Below, piece by piece: positions 10,970 through 23,735 of a stretch of DNA of 64,000 nucleotides (its first letter is position 1; each line of letters opens with the position of its first letter). This DNA is from Octopus sinensis (Eukaryota), in the NCBI RefSeq assembly GCF_006345805.1, contig NC_042997.1, positions 187,922,001 to 187,986,000 on the forward strand. Direction: 5' to 3'. Both the position numbers and the translations under genes were made by a program. Under the pieces are notes generated by a model. The model saw only the letters and a program-made list of their open reading frames with translations, did not search any database and was not told where the DNA came from.

Positions 10970-11760
10970 GAACTCTTGTGTGATGAATTATGGTCAATAT
11001 TGAAGATATGTAGTTGTCATGAAAGATCCTGAAACTATTTTGCATCTTTGGTTGCTCAATTGTCAGTCACTGCATATTTTCTTAGATCATACTCCTTTTC
11101 TTCATAATACTGGAATTTGAAGTTTCCTACAACTAATAGTTTCTGAGACAAGAGGACTTTTGACTTTTATAATTTGACTACATTATCACAAATAATCTGT
11201 GAGCAAAAGATCTCATTCATATGTATCTGTCCTCAGAGCCTATTCTAAATTCTTCATTAAAATGAGTCAACAACAGTCTTATAGGTTTGCTTAAGCAACA
11301 TGATTGGAATTACTTATTGAATAGCAGTTATAAATTTCACTATGAATACTATTACCCTATAGTACTCTCACCTCATTATCAAAGAGATCTGTATCACCAT
11401 TGCACCATCAATTTTGTATTCTTAAACAGCATCATGACTGCATCCATTGTTTCTTGCAGTATTCCATAGGTCCACAATATTTGAGCCACTTTTTCTTGAT
11501 GCTATTAATCAAAAGCTTTTGAGTTCACAAAGAACAACATTGCTTCTAAATTCTTTGCTTATTAAAGGAGTCTTCAATGATTCTTCTCACAGTCAATATC
11601 TGTCCAAGTGTTGATCTGTTCTTTCTGAAACCATTCTGGTTTGGAAGATAAATGACTTAATTCCAAATTGGATTCAATTACACAACATCACATTGGATTT
11701 GATTATACAATATAGCATTGTAGATTTTTGGAAGTCTACACTGCTTGACCAAATGAAAAG
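10970..11760 (-). mobile_element. RTE-like LINE RT segment, inverted
   Basis: Minus strand NQNGFRKNRSTLGQILTVRRIIE...KAFD...YGI, the same type as the RT at 63740-64000. Confidence 0.75.
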
Positions 11761-11769
11761 GGAATTCTT

Positions 11770-12190
11770 TTCATAGTAGAATTAGTTCTTCTTTATGGCT
11801 TGTTATCATGGTCATGACAAAAAATTGTAGAAAGCAATTTTTATGGGAACAGCATGCACATATATGTTGCATGCCGTTCTCAACAAATCATGGAAGCACC
11901 ATCCAACAAAAGAAGAACTTTGTGGAAATAACCCCAATATATTATCAATCATTTGAGAGAGGAGGACAAAATATGTTGGTAATTGTTATCAAAGCTAAGA
12001 GAATCAGTAAATGAGCTCCTTTGATGGATCTCAAGCCATGGGAATTTTCATGTCAGACAACCCAGAATGACATACATTGATCAACTCTCTAAAGATGTTA
12101 GAAGAACTCAAAAATGCCATGGAAGACAGGAACACATGGAGAGAAAAGGAGTGGTTTTGGTCCTGGTAACTCACCTGAAACAATAGATAG
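11770..12190 (+). mobile_element. RTE-like LINE C-terminal/3' segment
   Basis: Degenerate LLYG...LNKSWKHHPTKEEL...PRMTYIDQLSKD...ELKNAMEDRNTWRE. Confidence 0.75.
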
Positions 12191-15109
12191 TAAAATACTA
12201 TAATTTTTTCACTACCTTGTAATATGGCAGCTCTCCAAAGCCATTCATTCAATGAGCTTTCTCACTCCCCATTAATTTAAGAATTATTAGAAGTGTTCTC
12301 AGTTATGAGGTCCAAATTCAAATTAATATCAATCCCTCATACAAGAGCAGTAGTATAATTTACACTATTCTAGAAACTACATATGTTTTTGTTAAACTAA
12401 TGTTATAGAATAATACAGTAAAAAAAAAAAGTACTTGTTATGCCAGCACAAAATGGCTTTCAAGCTAGATTCTACCCTAGATCAACTGGATACTGTCCAC
12501 CACCCGGATTCACATTGACTACTCAGCAAATGATACTTAATCATACATTCATTCATTTCAATATTTGTACTTTGTTTGATAAACAACACTGCTTCTGTCA
12601 GCTGCATTCTACAGGCTTCTTTATATGTATTTTTCACTCATGCTTTCTTCAGTTTTTTTCAGTGAGGGAACAAAACACAAGTCTAGCTGAGAACATTTTA
12701 TGGCATTATGAATTCTTTAAAAAAAAAATGAAAACGAGAAAAAAAAAACAGTCCAATGACTGAAACAAGTAAAAGATAAAGATAACCTTAATTTAATAAA
12801 TGCACTACTGAAAAGAAGAGTAAACATGTTGATTGTTTTTCCCAAAACTTGACGGATTTCTTATATTGCTATGTCATCAATGAAAATGGCTTCTATCATT
12901 TACATACATTTCTTGTGCATCTTTATAGGATAATTCTTACTTATTGCAACTGGCAAAGAGTTTATTGTATCATAATCCAAATATCAAGCACGCAATGTGA
13001 ACAAAATGTTAAAAACAATTAAACATTACTCCCTTTATGAAAGGTCATAAAAATGTTCATATATTTATTATCTATATTCTTTTTACTTTATTGTCAAGTC
13101 ATTTTAGGTCTAGTTCAGACAACCTTTAATCAGAAGTGTCAAAGACACAAAAGAAGAGTGATAGCAAGAGAAATTTTCACATTATTTGATAAAGAATTGA
13201 TAATTCTTTTTATAAATATAAAGTAACAAGTCACATTATTACATCTAACTAAATCACAAAATATAATCTTTTACATTTCAGTAAATTACTACTACTCATG
13301 GTCCCTACTAGTGCCAACAGTTCACAAGCATTTTAAAGCACAGTGGAACAGAGAAGTGCACACCAATAAATAACTGGAAAGGTCAATAGGTTCAACAAGG
13401 CAATCCTTCATCAAATTAACAGACTTCACTAGATTTTTCCATTGCTTTATCTATTGATAAAAAGACCAATAAACAATCAATACATTGATTGACTGCAAAA
13501 CATTTACAAATTCTCCATGACTTCAATCAAACAAATGTTGATATTAGCTAGCTTGTCAATAATCTATAAAAAGTGGGGGGAAAAAAAAAGGTAGACAAGT
13601 GATGATCTTTCAACAACATTGTTGTACATAGTTATTGCATTTATCACAATCACATAAGATTAAAAGTTAAAAGTGAACCCTTTCTATTCCTGCTAATACT
13701 ATTGACATTGCCACAATCAGTTTTGAAATGCCTTGCAGTACCACCTGCTAATCACTTAAACATCGATTCCTAACAGATCAATGGAGTTAAAAGCAAATGA
13801 GCATTTGGGAAAATTTACATAAATATCATTTGAGCTCAGTAACTATTTCAGGCTAGACATGTAGTGGAGTAAAATTCAACTTATTAAAAATTTTTCGTAA
13901 GATATAATCAACAAACACATACACAAAATTTGATCAAATCAATCATATCCCATTAGACATAAATACTTTTTTTAAAAAATATACTACTACTTAATGGTTT
14001 ATTAAAAAGAAAGAAATTAGGTTAGGAGTCCAATCCTCTCTCCAACATGTGTTTTTATGGAATATAATGACAATCAAAAAGTATAACATATAACAAAAAG
14101 AAGTCATGTTTGTAGTCCAACTCAGAGCATAAATTCGTCTTTTTCATATTTTCTAAATTTGAAAATATTTAACTCAGGATAAATGTAGATTAGATTGAGC
14201 CAACAACAATGAATACTATTAGAGATAACACTAATAGATTATTTTCTGTGACTGAGATCCATAGACAATGTGGTAAATTTTTTTCTCTTGTTTTTCCCTC
14301 TGTTTACTTTAACTCCTCACTATGGTTACAGGAGGCCACTCATCAATGTTGCACACTTGTTTAAAACAGTAATCTTGTAATAGTTTGCCATTCACCTGAC
14401 CCACGACCACCACCATGTCTACAGCAGTTAGTTTGGTTTTTACATGAGCAACAGTAGTCAATTTCTAAATATTTCTTTCCAAATATTTCATCTACAATAC
14501 TACTGCTCCATGCACACATAGAACCCTCCCTTTACCTCCTCTCTTTCTCTCTCTCTTTTATCTGGTATTTTCTTTCTTTTATGCTACTTTCTATAGTTCT
14601 CTTTCCACTATAATCCCCATCAGTAACAGTATCGTAAATATTTAATACATGTTTTCTTTTCCTTCTGCAAGTACACATTGAACAGGTGTGTGTATATGCA
14701 ACTTTCTAATTGGTCCTGCTATGACTAAATATTTTATTAATCTAAACTCTACATGGTATGTTCAAACTTCCAGCCTCAAATCAGACAACAATTTCTCAAC
14801 ACCTTTTCTAATAGGTCTCACAAGGGATTCACAATTTATGTGCATACCATCTGATGTTTTTGAATTTTTTTTAAATTTTGGCCATGTAAAACTAACAGTG
14901 ACTTTCAGTTAACAAAAATCTTGACTTAAACCACTAAATTGTAGAAAATATGAGAGATTTCTATACTTCAGGTATTAGGAAGAATAATTACTATATCTAA
15001 AGCAAAACAAAATGTGTGCCGTTTTGCTGAAAGTACTTTGTTACATGTGAGCAACTTTTACTCAGTTAAAGCATTAACAAAATAAAGTGAGAAATAATAA
15101 GAAATACAT

Positions 15110-15330
15110 AGCAAATTTGCAGTGTCATAACAGTATTAGACAGAATGCTTCATGGTATTTGTTCTGGTTCTCTACACTCTGAATTCAAATCCAACCATGG
15201 TCAACTCTCATCCTTTTGAGGTTAATAAAAAATTACCACTCCAAGGCAGTGCATTAGCAGAACTGTAAGAATATTGGACTAGATACTTTGTGGCACTTTT
15301 CCAGCTCTTTGCATTCTGAGTTCAAATCCC
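15110..15330 (+). mobile_element. Two SINE head fragments
   Basis: B-box-like GAGTTCAAATCC / GAATTCAAATCC. A related copy lies on the minus strand at about 47180-47320. Confidence 0.55.
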
Positions 15331-16665
15331 ACTATTACTTGAGTAGACTAAGCCCATTACTCAGTTTAGCACTAACACCTTGGGTGCCTTTAGCTGAGTT
15401 CACTTTGTTGTGAACATTCAAATTTTGAGCATACCTTCATCCCACCAGTCTCAGAGGCCATATAACAGGTCATGGACGCCGCTTCTCCACTAACAAGACG
15501 ATTTTAAAAATACAATAATTAACTGATATTTTAAAATTTAATTTATTTTTCTAAATCATACTCTTACACTTCACTAACAAATCTACTCTCTTCAGTGATT
15601 CTTTTTAACTACAATCCACTTCTTGCTGCTTCTGTTTTTCTCTACTTACATTGATCATTTGATTTTAGATAGCTCATGGATAACTAGAGATACTGGTTTA
15701 TTATTATCATCAACAGCAGCACTATCTTATATATATATTCTATATATTTTATATCCTACAAGCCCCCTTTCTTCCATGACCATTAAAGTTAGTATTTCAA
15801 AGAAGACTGAGGTTTTGTTTTATATTATCATCATTGGTTTTATATCCATTTTCTCATTCTGGCAAGGTTTGTATCACCACTCTCTAATTGTCTCTGTCCT
15901 TTGTATGCTTTCTACATAGTAATAAATGTTTTGAACAGTTTCCTTTGATGTTTCCTCTTCAAAGATTGCGTGTTTATTATCTCTTTTTGTTGTAAAATCT
16001 ACAGTGAACATTTGGTTCTTCTGATATTTCATTCACTTGATAACTACAAAATTGCTATTTCAAATTCTAGGGTTTCTATTCAATGGATTCAACCATTACT
16101 TATGGACTACAGACATATCCAGTGTAAAATTACGAAGGAAAGATTTTCAAAGAAGCATGGATCTCTTTTCTATACATTCCATCAAGAGCATCTAAATTAT
16201 ATACATCTAGAGAAATGTAATTCTTGCATGATAAGCAATTAAAGCTGACCAATGGACATGTAGAACTCTTCTTCGTTTGCTATAATAGGTAGTGGTTGCT
16301 CAGAAAATGACACAGCAAAACAATTTAATATTCAATGGACAAATAGTGTTGATAGTATTCCAAACTCCATTCCTAAAGTGTTTCATAAACTGATATCAAT
16401 AAATTTATTTCCAGTGGTTATGCAAAATACAAGTAAAATTCTACTCAAAAGGAGACATTGCTTCTATCCTATAACCATAGTTTATTAATTCTAAAATATT
16501 CTTGTTGCCTAAGTCTTATTCCAACATAATGTATCTAAAACTACACCATCCAATGTACAGAGGATAAAACAGAGATTTTACTGCAAATTACAGCAGTATA
16601 AAGATCCTTCACTGGTTGCAGTGACGATATCAATTCAAAAATCCAGATTCGAAAGATTTGCTTAC

Positions 16666-16768
16666 CTGTTACATATGATTTAATTTCTTTGATTAGTATG
16701 CTAGATTTAATAAGCTTTAATGACTTGACTCTGCTATTAGTGTATATTTTCTTCATGCCTGAGGATAC
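16666..16768 (-). other. Candidate 103-nt spliced exon, unknown gene
   Basis: Acceptor ttctgtgtag and donor CAG|gtaagc. One frame is open (VSSGMKKIYTNSRVKSLKLIKSSILIKEIKSYVT). No recognisable homology. Confidence 0.2.
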
Positions 16769-17274
16769 CTACACAGAAGTGTAACCTACCAAACTATCAA
16801 TCAATTATTTATTCCAATGGCTAATCATGATATAACAGGTAATATTATACTCCAGTCGATTGAGAATATTTGTCAATCCCAGCAACTTTAGATCTATAGT
16901 ACATAATTATCACATCTTTTCTTCTAATTTCTTTGATTTATATAATATATAAACTTAATGCTAAGATATAGTGTATTGAAACTTATTCAAATCTTAATTT
17001 ATTCCAAATTTGATTAAAACATTCTTTCTTTTTCAATGAAAGTCTTGATCAACATGTCAATGGCTTTCCATTTTTATGATTATTCATGACCCTTTCTAAT
17101 ATACACAAGGGGATAATGCAATCTGATAAGGAAGAATTATATAACATCAATCTTAAATATATTTTTGTATTTCTTCTTTTTAGTACACATTACTAACAAT
17201 CTTTATCATTAGAAAGTGTGATGCATAGTAAATGATATGATAGAATAAGAATGTGAAGGCATGCAGTTTAGTGA

Positions 17275-17560
17275 TTAATGTATTTGGCTCAAGGTCATGA
17301 GTTCAATTCCCAACAGCATGTTGTGTCCTTCAGCAAGACATTTTATTTCATATTGCTCCAGTCCATTCAATTGGCAAAAATGAGTTTGTACCTGCAATTC
17401 AATGGGCCTCAGTGTATCACGCTGAATCTCCCTGAGAACTATATTAAAAGTATGTGTCTCTGTGGAATACACACATTACTTTCACAAGCAGGCTTTTTCA
17501 TTAATCAAATCAACTGGAACAGTGATTATCATAACCAACGGAATGCCCAGCCAGCAGGGT
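17275..17560 (+). mobile_element. tRNA-derived SINE (second family)
   Basis: GAGTTCAATTCCC B-box-like head. A homologous minus-strand copy lies at 60735-60915. Confidence 0.7.
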
Positions 17561-19089
17561 GAGAATAATGCAATGATCCTTTGAAACGTTGATACTTTTA
17601 AGAATCAAGATTTATAATTTGCTGAAAATAAAAGGAATTATCTTTGATACTTATGAAAAGGAAATTTCCAGAGATGTTATTATCTTGTCAGCATAAAGGA
17701 CATCTTAAAGGTTTTACATGGTCTAAAGCTCTAAATCTATCCATGTAACTGTTAATTTAACTGCAAGTTGTGTAGCTTATCTTTCAAATCTCTAAATATA
17801 TGTAAAGGGTCAAATCCAAATGATTGAAACATTCTATTAAAAGGTTCAGGATCTCTTGCAGAGCGTTGCAAAATAAGACAGAACAAATGCCTTTGATTTA
17901 CTTCTAGTTACAAAAAAAAAAATAATATTTTTGCAGAGTTTTCCTTGAATCTCAGAATGAGAAATTCATTGTATGCCAACAATGTTAAAGTGAAGAAATT
18001 CTTTAACAAACATGACTACTGCTTTTGCCATCACATCCACCATATTGACAATAATAATTTCATACTTTATGTTATGTCTTCGTGTTAACTCAATAATAAG
18101 TCAATTCTTCTTGAGCTTTGTTGGATGTGATGGTAGGCAACCAAGCTGGACTTTTCCTTTGCACCAATACAGGGACAACTCCTTGTCCCACAAGACATCA
18201 CAACAACAGTTAACACTGTTGTGTAATCTGCTTTTTAATGAATGGTTATAATTTATTCCATTATTTACTCTTTTATTCTGTAATGTCTTCTGAACCTATT
18301 ACATTTTTTTTTTTTTTTTTTTTTGTATAGACAGTGTTCATACTCTGTGGATATTTTCCTTGACTTTCTATCTGTTCACAGAAGGAGAATCAAAAGGTTT
18401 AAATCAATTTCTGTAAAACTAAGTGAAAAACATTATTTATTTATACTTAGGAAGCTAGAGTATGATAAAAGCCAAAGGGTCCAAAGAGATTCATATATAA
18501 TTATCAATTGTATATCCATATGGTGCATTCATACACCAAAGTACAAACAAAATTACAGACTGTTTGAAGTATGAGCTGTTTACTAATTTGAAATAGTGCT
18601 TTCAGGGCCTACACTCAAATAATAAGAACTACAGTATTTTTTTTAGAAAAACATTGTTTACATATTTCTTTTTTATTTTTATTTATGATGGACTAATTTG
18701 AAGTGAGAACTGTCAAGTAATTTAAAGTAGTGCTTTGTTTTGCATGGCTTTGTAATGATGACACTAATACACAATGTATTCATCCACAAAACATTACAGT
18801 AAATAAGCCAGTGGACTAATTCAAATCACAGACTTAAGTAATTTAAAGTAGTGATTTGCCCTATGTAGTTCCACAAATGGCAAAATATGCTTCATGGATT
18901 TGCCATTTTTTCTTTCTGTTTAGTGAAATAGTTTGTGAGTATGCAATAGTTTTTGGTTTTCATCTTGCTTACAATTTTTCTATTTGAAACCACAATCCAG
19001 CATCACTATCCCATTTTTCTGATCTGCCCTGTGGTGATTTTGGTCAAACAGCAGTAAGCGTGCAATATTTTAGATTTTATTTTTCTTAT

Positions 19090-19600
19090 GATTTTTTCCT
19101 TTTTGAAACAAAAATCCAGCATCATTTTCCTTGGAAATATAGAGAAAATTCATCAACTTGTTCATGAGGATTGTTAGAGGACAATCAACATTTTGAAGCA
19201 TTTGAAGGAGGACACTCAGCAAAAACAACTGAGTCTGTGAAGTGCAAAGAATTGGATTCTTTGCAACACTCATGAGTTTCTTGCCAAAAACAACATGGCA
19301 TCACTTCTGCACCTGTCCTGTTTGCCAGATTTAGCACCTGTGGACTCCCATCTCTTCCCCGAGATGAAAATGCAGTTCAAAGATCACCATGTTAACACTG
19401 TTGCTGAGCAAATTGCAAAAGGGCCTCGACTCACTTATGGAAAAAGACTTCCAGGCTGGATTCCAAAAGTGGCAGGAATGCTGGAATCAGTGTATTACTG
19501 CCCAAGGTAACTATTTCAAAGGAGATGATGTTAAAACTTAGGTAAATAAGCTATTTTTTATTAAACATAAGTCCAAGAACCTTTTGATACTATCTCACAT
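19090..19600 (+). mobile_element. Internally deleted mariner derivative
   Basis: HLSCLPDLAPVDSHLFP (HPPYSPDLAP motif) and a C-terminal QGNYF. Same deletion join as 30975-31733. Confidence 0.75.
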
Positions 19601-19704
19601 GTTATAAACTTGGTACTAAATATTAGGTTTTATATGATTACCCCATAGTCTGTATGTTATATTTCAAACAAGGTGCAAAGATGGCTACATACATGTATGG
19701 CGAA

Positions 19705-20030
19705 ACAGTCATGGCTGTGTGGTTAGGATGTTAACTTCTCAACCATGTGGTTTCGAGTTAAGTCACACTACACAGCACTTAAGGCAAATGCCTTCTTCTA
19801 TAGCTCTAGGTTGACCAAAGTCTTGAGAGCAGATTTGGTTGATGGAAACTGAAAGAAGCCCAAATTGCATGCATGCATGCATGCATGCATGCATGCATAC
19901 ATACATACATACATACATACATACATACATACATACATACATACATACATACATACATACATACATACATACATACACACATACACACACACACACACAC
20001 ACACATACATACATACATATGCATGTATGT
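19705..20030 (+). mobile_element. tRNA-derived SINE with (ATGC)n(ATAC)n(AC)n tail
   Basis: Head TGGCTGTGTGGTTAGG...GGTTTCGAGTT, body to GAAACTGAAAGAAGCCC, then a compound microsatellite at 19868-20030. Confidence 0.85.
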
Positions 20031-20719
20031 GTTTGATTACATTCAAGCTTCTTTGAAAATCTCAGAGCCACAAGCAGTGATACTGTTTCCATTTTCTCTG
20101 CCAATAAATCATTTGCTGGTTGTGTGCCTTTGATGATATCCTGAATAAGACATCCGCTATATGGAAAACAGTTATGGGTTAGTGACAGGAATGGCATTTG
20201 GCTGTAAGAAAAATGCTTCAACAATCTGTTCATTAAAAGCATGCCAGCATTAAAAAATAGATGTAAAAACAAACTAACAAATTTATACTTCACTTTTTGA
20301 GAGATCTAAACTAAGGGTGCAGACATGACTATTTGGTTCATAAGTTCCCATTGCAATTATGTAGTTTCTGATTAGATTCCAGGACATAGTATTTGCAATA
20401 AGAAAATTAATCTATGTGCATAATCTACCACAGTCTTGTGCTAAGCTAGTCTTATGAGTAAAATTAAGTAAACAGAAATTTAGTAGAAACTGCCATGAAA
20501 CAGAAAATCTTTGTGGGTAAAGGACCTAATCTATCCTAAGGCTTAATATCTCCAACTGACCTTTGGGTTCTTTTTGCAGAGTCCAGTATGTTACAAGCTT
20601 TCAGATAAAGTCTCTGGTCTGAGGATAGGTCCTGAAAAAAGATCTTTATGCTGCCTTTCCTCCTCTAGCTATGCTGTAAAAATTAAACATTTCCATACTC
20701 TGCATATTGACAGTCATTA

Positions 20720-21200
20720 GGTCAGACTAAGCATAACAGATCTAGAAAGTTTAATTTGTGGGTCACAACCAATCATTACTCATTTACTTCTGCCATCACT
20801 CCAATCAATAATATTTTTGCAATCAGTAGAATGAGTATTGCCTTATTTTTCCAATTATCTGTCAATGTTGTCTATGAATTTAAATTCTTCACTTCATAAG
20901 CCATACTTGATGTTTCAGTCCCCACCTAGTTCAACTGCGATTGCAGTACATCATGTGCACCTATTGATTGCACTTTTAGCAAAATACTTAGTTATCCTCT
21001 TACTGAATATTGCCTCCCAATATTGACTGAAGATGTACTTATGTTCATCTTAGACACATTTACTACCAAGCTTTTTAATTCAAGCCTGTTAATACACATT
21101 TCAAATTTATTCTGAATTTCTTGGATTAACTGCATGATGAAAACTAGATTAAATGTATAAAAGAAGCTTCTATAGCATCCCAACTAAAATTCCATAAAAA
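20720..21200 (-). mobile_element. Old RTE-type LINE fragment
   Basis: Minus strand QNKFEMCINRLELKSLVVNVSKM matches the RTE segment downstream of YADD. Confidence 0.5.
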
Positions 21201-21699
21201 TTTCAGTATTAAAGAAGAAAAAGGAAAATAGTGTCAGAACATCACCTAAATCATGAATATTTCTCACTGCATTTAATACAATATTCTGAAAATACTTCTC
21301 AAAATTTCTTCATATGTGACCTGAACTATACTTACAAGGTGTATTCAAGGTACACATTTAAATATTGCTCACATTATCATAAGTTAATATCTCTCTATTG
21401 TAATTGTTTTGTTCCCAGAACAAGGCACCAAACCATGTTTGGGTCAGTTTGTTTGACCAATTAAAAAAAAAAGAGTGCTTCATTCCTACTTGAGTGGTTA
21501 GCAATATGTGGTCTCCAGCTCTAAAAAATACAAAAAAAGGTTAATCCCACCAACATAAGCATGAAAAAGTAGATGTAAGCTATTAAAGCATTGTGTTAAT
21601 TTTTTATGAATTTCCTAGACTTTACAAGAAAATCCACAAATTTATGAAAAGCTTTCTTTATCTAAGAGTGCAATAAACTTTTTGGTAGAGCTGTTCTGC

Positions 21700-22900
21700 T
21701 AGAGAACAGGTTGCAGATTGTGGATAATGATACAGCCACCAGGTATGATTGCAAGATAAGTAGGCTGCAACATGTTTTCGAGAAATTGTGGAAGTATGGT
21801 CAAGCAGTATATGCTTGCTTCATACACTTTAAAAAGGCATACAATGCACTAAATGAGACTTGTTGTGGATGGTTCTGCAGGAGTATGGGATCTTGTTGCC
21901 TTGAATTCCCTATATGAATACCCTAGTATTTGTGTTCAGATTAATGGTGCAAAGTCTAAACCATTTAATGTGGATGTTGGACTCTGCCAAAGATGTATAC
22001 TGTTACTTCTCTTGTTCATAATCCCTATGGGCAGGGTTGACATGTGCAACCGAGTTGGAAGTGGTATTGAGAGAGATGGGTGTAGGATCAGTCAAATGGA
22101 ATTTGCAGATGACATGATACTACTCAACTTGTCAGAAGGTGATCTTCAACATGCACTTGATAGGTTTGCTGCGAAGTGCTGCACAGCAGGAACGAAAATC
22201 AGTTCAGCAAAGACCAAGACACTTGTCTTTTCAAGGAAGACTGCACAATGCATTCTACATGTGAGTAGAGTCCACTGAAGCAGGTGGAAAAATTCAAGTA
22301 CAGCAGGGCCATTTTTATAAATGATGGAAGGCAAGTGGCTAAATTAAGTGCAAGAAATGCAAGAGCTGGTGCAGTAGTATGCCAGTTTCAACATTCAGTC
22401 AGTGTAAAGACCACACTTGCTATTTTCAATTCAGTGTTTGTGCCTACTCTTACCTATGGTCATGGATTTTGGGTATTGACCAAAATAATATGATCGTGAA
22501 TACAAGTGGCTGAGATGGGGTTCCTTCGAAGGGTCTTTGGAGTAACATTACTTAATAGAGTGTGTAGCTCAGAGATCTGAGAGGTACACCAGGTAGAGCT
22601 CCTACTTCTCCAAACTGAGAGATCACAACTCCAATACAATGGACACATGGTAAGAATATCTCAAGATAGTATCACTGGACAGGTTTTACAGGCAAAACCA
22701 ATTGCCAGGAGATCCAGGGGGTAAACCACAAACAAGACGACTGGATAACATCCATGAGCTCAGTTGGTCTTGCTTGGGGATCCAGCTGGATCAATTAGAG
22801 ATGGCTGCTTCTGACAGGCCCCAATGGAAGGCATGCTTGAGGACTCTGTACACACAACTCCCAGGAGTAACTGGGCAAAGAAGAGGAGATAAACTCCGTG
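21700..22900 (+). mobile_element. Degenerate RTE-like LINE (RT to 3' end)
   Basis: FIHFKKAY, GLCQRCIL, EFADDMILL, EKFKY, PTLTYG and GGKPQTRRLDNI motifs across ORFs 21711-22962. Confidence 0.85.
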
Positions 22901-23371
22901 TTATGTACTCTTGCAAGTGTTTCACAATTTTTGCTTTCACATTAAAGCATAAATTAAAATGATATTCTATATTGATATATTTCATCCAGTAATGATCTTG
23001 TAACTCTTTGTACTACATTTAATTAATTCATTAGTGCAGGCTTTCTATAATCTTTTCCTAAACATTATCTTTGTCTTGATAGCAGCTTATATGGTACTTC
23101 AATTACTATGTATACTCCTCTGCATCCTGATGCTTTCATCATTTCAGCTACTATGTTTGATCAAGATTTGCAGTAGTTGACATAAATTTTTGTTAATTAT
23201 TTTGCTCACCATCTCTTATATAATCACTGCAACTGGTTTTTTATTTGGTACCACTGGAAGTTGGCTCACTTGAATTATTTCAAATCTTATAATTACTTCT
23301 GATGAATATTTAAACAATCATATTCAGATTCTCAAATAAAATTTATTCATAATAGTCAAATTTAAATAATA

Positions 23372-23735
23372 AATGTGGCTGTGTGGTAAGAAGTTTGCTT
23401 CCCAACCACATGGTTCCATGTTTAATCCCACTGCGTGGCACTTTTGGAAAGTGTCTTTTTCTATAGCCCCAGGCCAACCAAAGCCTTGTGAGTGGATTTG
23501 GTAGATGGAAACTGAAAGAAGCCCATCATGTGTATGTTTGTTTGTCCCCCCTACCACTTGACAACTGGTGCTGGTGTGTTTATGTTCCTGTAACTTTGCA
23601 GTTTGGCAAAAAGAGACCAATAGAATAAGTATTGGGCTTTAAAAAATAAGTACTGGGGTCGATACATTCGACTAGAGATTCTTCAAGGCAGTGCCCCAGC
23701 GTGGCCACAGTCTAATGATTGAAATAAGAAAAAAA
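23372..23735 (+). mobile_element. Near full-length tRNA-derived SINE
   Basis: Head GTGGCTGTGTGGTAAG, body, (TG)-rich linker and tail GTGCCCCAGCGTGGCCACAG...TGAAATAAG. Confidence 0.9.

Noticed and set aside
16260-16490. Open frame containing AIIGSGCS
   Set aside because: No start or splice support, and the motif similarity is too short to assign a family.
19763-20293. Overlapping ORFs with CMYV/HTYI repeats
   Set aside because: Translation of an (ATAC)n/(ATGC)n microsatellite in a SINE tail.
23372-23450. tRNA genes
   Set aside because: The A/B-box-like words are SINE heads, and no cloverleaf can be formed.
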